A stretch of 63,585 bases of DNA, filler included. It is 6 parts of 6 records of this genome, joined end to end, with 100 filler letters (N's around TTAATTAATTAA, not from the genome) between each part and the next. Parts side by side here need not be neighbours in the genome. Positions count along the whole stretch, not along the records: positions 6,936 to 32,696 come from SRR20825010_2545; positions 32,797 to 42,413 come from SRR20825010_2546; 4 more parts are not named here. One strand, given 5' to 3'. The position numbers and the translations under genes are program-made. Positions 28,066 through 35,661 of the stretch are shown piece after piece (positions within the stretch are counted from its first letter, which is position 1; each line of letters begins with the position of its first letter). A model generated the notes under the pieces. The model was not told where the DNA came from and ran no database searches. It saw only the letters and a program-made list of their open reading frames with translations.

Positions 28066-30525
28066 TTACCAGTCGTATTTTAATGTTGCTGCAATGGTCT
28101 GCCCCTCGTTCTGGTAGCAGTATCCGTTGTTGCAAATGTCGGCTTTGTTGTCGGCGAGGTTGGTGCCGTTGATGGCGAGTGTCAGGCCTTCAAGCTTGTC
28201 GCTGACCGCACCGAAGTCATATCGGATTGCGGCATCAAGCAGTGTGTAAGACTTGTTCTTGCTGGTGTTGGTATAGTTGGCATAGCTTGAGTCGATGTAG
28301 CGAACACCAACGCCAAGTCCGAAGCCACTCAGAGGTCCGCTCTGGAAAGTGTAATCCACCCAGGTCGATGCGGTTTTTTCCGGCGTTACGAGCGGCGTGT
28401 TGCCACGGTAGGAGCCTTTGACGATCTTGGCATTGTTATAGGCAAAGTTTGCAACAAGGCTCAGGCTTTCGGTCACATTTGCCTTGCCTTCGATTTCAAG
28501 CCCGCGTGATTCAAGTTTGCCGATAGGCTCATAATACGAACCAATTGTGGCACTGTAGCCTGCATAGCGGGCAACATTGTCCTCGGTCAGCCGATAGGCA
28601 GATACGGTGACTAAACTATCGAACCCGATTGGTTCGTATTTGACGCCAACTTCATATTGTTCACCTTCGGTCGGGGTGAGCATCTTGCCGTTGATATCCT
28701 GACTGGTGCTTGGCAGGAATGAAGTGCCCCAACTGACATAGGGCGATACACCGTTATCGAACGCGTAAAGTGCGCTGGCATTAAAAGTCGTTGCGGTGTT
28801 GTAGTCTGTTGAGCCGGTATTTGTCAGGCGGCTGATGCGCTTGCGCTCTGCATAGTCGAAACGAACGCCGCCATTGAAATGCCAGTTCCCGTATTCCAGC
28901 TGATCCTGAACATAGACGCCTGTCTGGTTATAAGTAACATCATCCAATGTCGTGTAGGCAGGCGTGCTGCCGGAAATTGATCTGTTTGGGTCATCAAGAT
29001 AGAAGCTGTAGTCGCTCAGCACCGCACTTGAACCAAATCGATAATCGGATTTCGAGTACATTAAATCCAGACCGGTCAGCAATTCATGAGAAACCTCTCC
29101 GGTTTCAAAGCTGGTAATTGCCTGATTGTCGACCTGTGCGCTCCAGAGCGTTTCCTGGACGGCCTGCGCCACGCGTCGATATTCGTTGGCGTCAGAAGGA
29201 TTCCAGCCAGCCCCGGCAACGCCCCCGGTGAGATAGCGGGCCGTGAGGTCAAAATAACCAAATCGGGTGTTTTGAGCCAGGGTGACCGGCACGGAGTTCA
29301 GATGGTGGGTGAGTTCATAGCCGACCTGAAACTGATCTTGCTTCTGATAGTCGTAATCTGCGTCACTGGTACGATAGTCAAGGACTTCGCCATTCAGGTT
29401 CAGCAATGTCGCAGATGCGTCCGTCTCGTCATGTTGTAAAAGGGTATAAACGGTCAGGTCCGTGTTCTCATTGGGTTGCCAGCGAATGGTTGGCGCGAAC
29501 ATCTGGCGATCATCCTGGATGTCATTGCTTGTTTCGCCATAACGCGCCATGCCGACAAATCGCGAAGCCCATTCGCCATTCTCGCTGATATCCAGATTAT
29601 AGTCGAAACCACCTTCATAGGATTCCGTGTCGGTGAAACGTCCATAGACGTTGTTTTTGGCATCTTTGTGCGGGCGTTTGGTGACGCTATTTAGCAAGCC
29701 GCCGGGTGTCGTCTGGCCATATAGTGCCGCCGTCGGGCCCTTCACGATCTCAAGCTGTTCAAGGCTGTAAGGTTCGGTTCTGAAGGTTGCGTAAACACCT
29801 GTCATCTGCCGTAGGCCGTCACGATAATCGCCATAGATATGAACCGGATAGCCACGGACATAGACCTGATCGAAGCGTGGATCATAGCCGTAATTATTGG
29901 TTGCGACACCTGCGGTATAGGCGACTGCATCCTCAATGCTGGCGACTGCGCGGTCTTCAATTTCCTGTTCGGTCACGACCGAGATGCTTTTGGCGGTTTC
30001 GATCAGGGGAGTGCTGGTTTTGGTTCCCGAACTGCTGGTTGTTGCGACGTAACCATGCGCCAGTTCGCTTGAGCTTTGTGCATTTGCTTCGACATAGACC
30101 GGATCAACAACAGTCGACGCATCCACATCGGAAGTTTCCATCTTTGACAGGGAAACAGTGCTCTCGCCCGTGAACCGATAGGTCATACCGCTACCCAGCA
30201 GCAGGACTTTAAGTGCATCAGAAGGCGTGTAACTGCCTTCCAGTTCCGAACTTTGCAAACCGTCGACACGGTCCAGATCGTAGAACAATTGCAAATTTGC
30301 CTGATCGGCAAAAGTCAACAGCGCCTGATTAAGGTCCTGTGACGGGATTGAAAATTCCATCGGTGTTGCACTGCTTACCGACGTATTGTCCTGTTGTGCT
30401 TTCGCCGTGGCTGGAACCCCCGTAACGATCAACCCGGCAGCAAGTGCAAACAAACTTGCACCACATATCAACTGATATGCCAAACCTTTTGCCAACCGGG
30501 CTTTGCCGGCTTTATTTACCTGCAT
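28066..30525 (-). CDS. TonB-dependent siderophore receptor/transducer with N-terminal signalling (STN) domain
   Basis: Signal peptide, FSIPSQDLNQAL STN domain, SGTKTSTPLIET plug, KGPTAALYG, C-terminal W. Confidence 0.93.
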   Translation of the reverse strand: MQVNKAGKARLAKGLAYQLICGASLFALAAGLIVTGVPATAKAQQDNTSVSSATPMEFSIPSQDLNQALLTFADQANLQLFYDLDRVDGLQSSELEGSYTPSDALKVLLLGSGMTYRFTGESTVSLSKMETSDVDASTVVDPVYVEANAQSSSELAHGYVATTSSSGTKTSTPLIETAKSISVVTEQEIEDRAVASIEDAVAYTAGVATNNYGYDPRFDQVYVRGYPVHIYGDYRDGLRQMTGVYATFRTEPYSLEQLEIVKGPTAALYGQTTPGGLLNSVTKRPHKDAKNNVYGRFTDTESYEGGFDYNLDISENGEWASRFVGMARYGETSNDIQDDRQMFAPTIRWQPNENTDLTVYTLLQHDETDASATLLNLNGEVLDYRTSDADYDYQKQDQFQVGYELTHHLNSVPVTLAQNTRFGYFDLTARYLTGGVAGAGWNPSDANEYRRVAQAVQETLWSAQVDNQAITSFETGEVSHELLTGLDLMYSKSDYRFGSSAVLSDYSFYLDDPNRSISGSTPAYTTLDDVTYNQTGVYVQDQLEYGNWHFNGGVRFDYAERKRISRLTNTGSTDYNTATTFNASALYAFDNGVSPYVSWGTSFLPSTSQDINGKMLTPTEGEQYEVGVKYEPIGFDSLVTVSAYRLTEDNVARYAGYSATIGSYYEPIGKLESRGLEIEGKANVTESLSLVANFAYNNAKIVKGSYRGNTPLVTPEKTASTWVDYTFQSGPLSGFGLGVGVRYIDSSYANYTNTSKNKSYTLLDAAIRYDFGAVSDKLEGLTLAINGTNLADNKADICNNGYCYQNEGQTIAATLKYDW

Positions 30526-30558
30526 TATGCAGACCCCCATCTTCGATATTTTCTTAAT

Positions 30559-30577
30559 AACGCAAATGATTTGCATT
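30559..30577. promoter_or_regulatory. Fur-box-like operator
   Basis: AACGCAAATGATTTGCATT with palindromic GCAAAT-n-ATTTGC core, between the class B promoter and the receptor start. Confidence 0.65.
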
Positions 30578-30590
30578 TGCTGATGCTAGG

Positions 30591-30621
30591 TGAGACGGGA
30601 TTTGCATTCTGATTCAGTAAG
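30591..30621 (-). promoter_or_regulatory. ECF sigma promoter, class B, for the receptor-fhuCDBF operon
   Basis: CTTACTGAA-N9-AAATCCCGTCTCA, repeated at 23341-23371. Confidence 0.75.
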
Positions 30622-30706
30622 ATAAATTTCTATTTTTTGTTTTTCTTCAGGAGGAAGGTCGGGAAATGGCCGAAATGCGGCTTTTCCGGAAGACTGGGCG
30701 TCCGAT

Positions 30707-31750
30707 TTAGTAAAGGAATGTCAGCAGCGGTGTGATGGAAACCTTGCGGATAGACAGCTCTGTCGCAATCAGGTCCAGCCCGACTTGTGGATCGCTCATG
30801 TCGAAAACACCACTTACACGCTTTCGTGCAACGGCTTCATTGGCGATCAGGATTTTTCCATGCTGATAGCGGGAAAACTCGGCAACCACTTCACGCAAGG
30901 CAACCCGGTCAAAGATCAGCTTGCCCTTTTGCCAACTCAGAACACGGTCCGAATTGACGGGATAGATATCTTCAAGTGAATATCGGCTGTATCTGACAGC
31001 CTCATTGGGGCTCAGAACGAGCGATTTTGTGGGGCGCGCGCCGTTTGTCAGGCTGACTTTCACGTTGTGTTGCAATACGGAGACCGACGCATAATCATCG
31101 AATTTGTCGATGACAAAACGGGTCCCTAAAGCGCGTGCTATACCGTCGCCGGTGGACACGACGAACGGACGATCACCGGCATTCTCCATCGGAACTGCCT
31201 GAAAGTCGACGAGGCCGGTAAAAATTTCGATCCGTCGTTCCTGTTCACTGAATTTGACGTCAATGGCGCTATCGGGGCCAAGTGTTATCTTGCTGCCATC
31301 GTCAAGGGTGATCGTCCTGATTTCGCCAGGTGCAGTATGATAATCTGCCCCCCAGACCAAAGCCGGATCACCCATCAGCACCCTGCCGGAAAACAGTGCG
31401 ATGAGCAGACAGGCAGCCAGGGCAATCGCGGCCCATTTTCCGATACCTGTGCGAGGCGGTTTTTTGCCTTTGCCTGTAATTACCGGAAATGGCCGGATTT
31501 CGGCGTTCTGCCTGTCTGCCTCATGCATAGAGCTTTGCGCCGCATTTACGCCGTCAGAAAACAGACTGGCATCCATCATCGCAAGTGCGTGATTGGCATC
31601 GGCAAATGCTTGCTGGTGGGAACGGGATTGTGCAAGCCAGGCATCAAGAGCTTTGTGTTCTGCATCATTCAGGCCGCCGTCAATCATCCGCGCAACCCAG
31701 TTGGCGGCACAAAGATCAATGCTTTCCTGCGTCTGTTGCGTTTGATTCAC
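30707..31750 (-). CDS. FecR-family anti-sigma/sensor
   Basis: AANWVAR...WLAQS N-domain, one TM, LDDGS, ALGTRF, WQKGKLIF, VSGVF. Confidence 0.92.
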   Translation of the reverse strand: MNQTQQTQESIDLCAANWVARMIDGGLNDAEHKALDAWLAQSRSHQQAFADANHALAMMDASLFSDGVNAAQSSMHEADRQNAEIRPFPVITGKGKKPPRTGIGKWAAIALAACLLIALFSGRVLMGDPALVWGADYHTAPGEIRTITLDDGSKITLGPDSAIDVKFSEQERRIEIFTGLVDFQAVPMENAGDRPFVVSTGDGIARALGTRFVIDKFDDYASVSVLQHNVKVSLTNGARPTKSLVLSPNEAVRYSRYSLEDIYPVNSDRVLSWQKGKLIFDRVALREVVAEFSRYQHGKILIANEAVARKRVSGVFDMSDPQVGLDLIATELSIRKVSITPLLTFLY

Positions 31751-31844
31751 GTTACTGATCCGCGCCCGAAAATCGCTGTTTCATTTGGTCCATAACTTTA
31801 GGACGTTCAAAGTACAAGAAAAGGCTAAAAAATTTTGCACCAGA

Positions 31845-32360
31845 TCACACGCCTTTCTTGCCCCGCCGTGCCATGACGTGGGCAATGGCACGGGCAATAT
31901 GCTTTTGGACCGAGCTGTCGGAGATACCAAGTCTCTCGGCAGCCTGATGATAGGTAAGCCCATCTACGCGCACCAGCACGAAGATATTGCGCGTCCTTTC
32001 GGGAAGTTCATCAAGGGCACGCCGCACGAAATCAAGTTCAGACTGATCGCCGACAATTTGTTCTGGCGAGGGGGCATTGTGAGGGATCGTTCCCAGATTG
32101 CTGTCATCAGCCCGATTCACCGGGTTACGCTTTTGTGCACGAACATGGTCCACGGCAAGATTGTGGGCAACCCGATACAGGTAGGAGCGTACATGCGTCA
32201 CATCATTCGATTTATTCTGCCGGGCGTGTTCGGTAACACGCAGGAATGTTTCCTGTGTCAAATCCACAGCAATATCAGCGTCGCGCAACAGGCGAGTGAG
32301 ATAAATCTGCAATTCCCTTTGATGGGAAAGGAATAGCGTTTTGATGTCGGTTATTGCCAA
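31845..32360 (-). CDS. FecI-family ECF sigma factor
   Basis: DLTQETFLR, YLYRVAHNLAVD, LPERTR...GLTYHQAAERLGIS; adjacent fecR. Confidence 0.92.
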   Translation of the reverse strand: MAITDIKTLFLSHQRELQIYLTRLLRDADIAVDLTQETFLRVTEHARQNKSNDVTHVRSYLYRVAHNLAVDHVRAQKRNPVNRADDSNLGTIPHNAPSPEQIVGDQSELDFVRRALDELPERTRNIFVLVRVDGLTYHQAAERLGISDSSVQKHIARAIAHVMARRGKKGV

Positions 32361-32406
32361 ACCGAAAACCTGACTCTAATGATCCGATACTTGTTGAGTT
32401 ATCAAA

Positions 32407-32425
32407 AATAATACTCATTCGCAAT
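32407..32425. promoter_or_regulatory. Fur-box-like operator upstream of the fecI-like gene
   Basis: AATAATACTCATTCGCAAT, degenerate 7-1-7. Confidence 0.55.
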
Positions 32426-32696
32426 TAAATTGGGCCGTGTAACGGTTTAAAGAATGTGAAATATGCTGTTAGATCGCTGTTCTGCTGATCAATCCACGCC
32501 CTTCAAGCAGAAGAAAACGAGCAATAACTTATTCATTCTGCAGCATTAAATCCGTGCCATACGACAATTCCCTTTTCTAAGGGCAACCAGATTTCAATTG
32601 TCAATTTCAGGCGTACGAATTGGGGGCAGCCCTGGGGCATATATAAAGTTTTTCAGATTCTTCGAAAAAAAGTTCTTGATTTGTTCTTTTGTTTGT

Positions 32697-32796
32697 NNNN
32701 NNNNNNNNNNNNNNNNNNNNNNNNNNNNNNNNNNNNNNNNTTAATTAATTAANNNNNNNNNNNNNNNNNNNNNNNNNNNNNNNNNNNNNNNNNNNN
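32697..32796. other. Artificial contig spacer
   Basis: 44 N + TTAATTAATTAA + 44 N. Confidence 0.99.
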
Positions 32797-34305
32797 CCGC
32801 ACTACCCACACACCGAGCGCAAGGAAGAAACCAAAACCTGCAGCGATTGCCACTTGTCACGCGAGGATGACAACAATGCCATCATGGCCCAACTGCTGTT
32901 GCAAGGTACCAACTTCGTGAACTTCATCGGCTTCAATGCATGGCTGGGCGGCACGGAACACATTGCAGCAGTCACCGTGACGGAATGGGACGAACCCCAA
33001 ACCGTCTTGGGCAGTTACCTGCACAAGTACGCCTACCCCGATTATTACCAAAACCACTTGAACCGCGACCGTGAACTGGCTGACACCGTGGTGCCAGCCC
33101 TGATGGACCACACCACCAAAGGCGTGGCAAGTTGCATTCAACTTCGCGGCGAATACGTGTTTGTGGCCGAGGGCAAAGGTGGTTTCCGCGCCTACGATGC
33201 CGCCAGCGTGGCCAACAAGGGCTTCGGTCAGCGGGTTATTACCGCACCGTTTAGCCCGCTGGGCCAAGACACCCATGTGGCGACGAAAAACGCCACCTGC
33301 ATGGCTTTGCCCACCAACCAACCCATCAACCCCGAGAAAAACCAGGGCGACCTGATGCGCATTACCAATATGGAACAGCCCTTCCACCCCATTTACAACT
33401 ACGCCTTTGTCACCGACAGTGAAGAAGGCCTGATTGCAGTGAATGTGAACACCCTGGCCGATGGCGAGCCACGCAACAACTTCTTTGAACGCGCTGTGAC
33501 CTGGAATGAAAACGGTGTTTTGAATGGGGCAAGCCACATTACATTGGGTGGGCACTACGCCTACATCACCACGCCCAAAGGGCTGGTGTTTGTCGACATC
33601 AACAACCCCTTGAAGCCGCGCCACATCACCACCCTGCCCTTGCAGAATGCACGCGCCACAGCGGTGCAATTCCGCTACCTGTTTGCCACCACAGGCAAAG
33701 GGTTGGAAGTGATTGACATTACCCACCCGGAGAAGCCTGAACACACAGGCGCAGTGGTACCCATGGCGGATGCGCAACGCGTTTATCTGGCCCGCACCTA
33801 TGCCTATGTGGCTGCAAAAAAACAGGGCGTGGTGATTGTAGACATTGAGCGCCCACGCAAGCCCGTGGTGTATCAACAATTTACTGCTGACGGCCAACTG
33901 AATGACGCGCATGATGTGGTGGTGGGCTCCACCAACGCATCGCTGTTCGCGTATGTGGCCGACGGTGTAAATGGTTTGAAGGTGTTGCAATTAACATCGC
34001 CGGACACGCAGCCAAAGTTCTATGGCTTCTCGCCTGCGCCCATGCCTGAATTGATCGCCTGGCGCAAAACGCCAAGCCCGGCGTTGTCGGTGTCGAAAGG
34101 TTTGGATCGCGACCGTGCCGTGGATGAAACAGGCGGGCAGATTGCCGTGTTTGGTCGCATTGGATCGCGCCCATTCACCCGCAAGGAAATGGAAGCGTTT
34201 TACCTGCGCCCGGATGGCCGATTGTGGACAGTGACCGACAAGGTTGAAAAGGAAAACTACTTGCCCAAGCCCAAAGTGAATTCAGTGGCTTTCAGAAAGG
34301 ATTAA
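32797..34305 (+). CDS. LVIVD-repeat beta-propeller protein carrying c-type heme motif(s) (5' truncated)
   Basis: Frame open from the contig start: PHYPHT...KTCSDCH (CXXCH), then repeated YAYxA..GLxxxDIxxPxxP units. Confidence 0.85.
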   Translation, partial: PHYPHTERKEETKTCSDCHLSREDDNNAIMAQLLLQGTNFVNFIGFNAWLGGTEHIAAVTVTEWDEPQTVLGSYLHKYAYPDYYQNHLNRDRELADTVVPALMDHTTKGVASCIQLRGEYVFVAEGKGGFRAYDAASVANKGFGQRVITAPFSPLGQDTHVATKNATCMALPTNQPINPEKNQGDLMRITNMEQPFHPIYNYAFVTDSEEGLIAVNVNTLADGEPRNNFFERAVTWNENGVLNGASHITLGGHYAYITTPKGLVFVDINNPLKPRHITTLPLQNARATAVQFRYLFATTGKGLEVIDITHPEKPEHTGAVVPMADAQRVYLARTYAYVAAKKQGVVIVDIERPRKPVVYQQFTADGQLNDAHDVVVGSTNASLFAYVADGVNGLKVLQLTSPDTQPKFYGFSPAPMPELIAWRKTPSPALSVSKGLDRDRAVDETGGQIAVFGRIGSRPFTRKEMEAFYLRPDGRLWTVTDKVEKENYLPKPKVNSVAFRKD

Positions 34306-34308
34306 GCC

Positions 34309-35658
34309 ATGAAAGCAAATGCCTTGAACCGACTCTGCAACCGCGTATTGTTTAAGCTGTGCGTAACCTTGGTGCTGGCTGTGCCCACGGCCAGCATGGC
34401 GCAAACCATGCCGCACCAGTCACTCCACCAATCGGTGGGCACGGTGAACTGCGCCAGCAGTACCTGCCACGGCAGCATTGCTGAACGCACCGCCACGCCA
34501 GTTCTGCAAAACGAATACACCACTTGGCTGCGTGAAGACCCGCACACCCAAGCCTATGCCGTGTTGAAGAATTCACAATCGCAACGCATTGCGAAAAACC
34601 TGGGGCTTGCACAGCCTGCACATGAAGCCAAGGTTTGCCTGGATTGCCACAGTCACAATGTGCCTGCCAGCAAGCAAGGCCCACGCTTTGACAAAAGCGA
34701 TGGCATTAATTGCGAAGCCTGCCACGGCCCGGCCGAAAAATGGATTAAAACCCACGTAGAGCCCAAAGCCAGCCATGCGAAAAACATTGAAAATGGCCTG
34801 TACCCCACCAACGACCCCTATGCCGCAGCCAAACTGTGCACCAGCTGCCATGTGGGCGATTCAAGCCGCCCGATTACCCACCAAATTATGGGCGCAGGCC
34901 ACCCACGCATTTCCATTGAAGTTGAAACCTTCATGGCCTTGGAGCCCCCGCATTACAAAATTGACGAAGATTGGGTTCAGCGCAAAGGTGCCTACGATGC
35001 CGGGAAAATCTGGGCCATGGGTCAGTTTGCAAGCAGTGCCAATTTGCTGGAATTGATTGCCGACCCCAAGCGAAATCGCCAAGGCATCATGCCCGAACTG
35101 ATGATGTTCGACTGCCACGCCTGCCATTCACCGATGAGCAAAAAAGACTGGTCCAAAGACCTGGCCCGCAGCCCCGGGCAGGCCCGCATCAACAACTCCA
35201 GCCTCATCATGGTTCAGGCTATTGTTCGCGCCGCTGCACCACAACACAGCAGCGATATCGCCAAACTGGTGAACCAATTGCACATTGCAAGCACCTCGCC
35301 AGCAGCCAATATGAACGAAGTTGAACGCGCAGCAAATGTACTGCACGCGCAACTGAACACGGTGCGCAAAGTGGTGGCCACGGTGCCATTCAATGAACGG
35401 GTACTGGAGAAAATCCTGAAAGACCTGGTGAACATGGCGGCTGGAAACCAGTACGCGGATTTTGCTGGTGCCGAACAAGCCTACATGTCGATCAGCAGTG
35501 TGGCCAACGGTTTGGCCCGCAAAGGAAATTCACGCATTGCGCAAACCGTGAATTCGAAAATGGACCGTTTACTGAAATTGCTCAGCAACGATGAAGCTTA
35601 TGACCGCGAAGCATTTCAATCCGAACTGCTGGCTTTGAAAGCCGCGGTGGGAGGTTAA
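34309..35658 (+). CDS. Periplasmic multiheme cytochrome c (c554-like) with helical C-terminal extension
   Basis: Signal peptide; CASSTCH (CX4CH), CLDCH, CEACH, CTSCH, CHACH. Confidence 0.9.
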   Translation: MKANALNRLCNRVLFKLCVTLVLAVPTASMAQTMPHQSLHQSVGTVNCASSTCHGSIAERTATPVLQNEYTTWLREDPHTQAYAVLKNSQSQRIAKNLGLAQPAHEAKVCLDCHSHNVPASKQGPRFDKSDGINCEACHGPAEKWIKTHVEPKASHAKNIENGLYPTNDPYAAAKLCTSCHVGDSSRPITHQIMGAGHPRISIEVETFMALEPPHYKIDEDWVQRKGAYDAGKIWAMGQFASSANLLELIADPKRNRQGIMPELMMFDCHACHSPMSKKDWSKDLARSPGQARINNSSLIMVQAIVRAAAPQHSSDIAKLVNQLHIASTSPAANMNEVERAANVLHAQLNTVRKVVATVPFNERVLEKILKDLVNMAAGNQYADFAGAEQAYMSISSVANGLARKGNSRIAQTVNSKMDRLLKLLSNDEAYDREAFQSELLALKAAVGG

Positions 35659-35661
35659 ACC

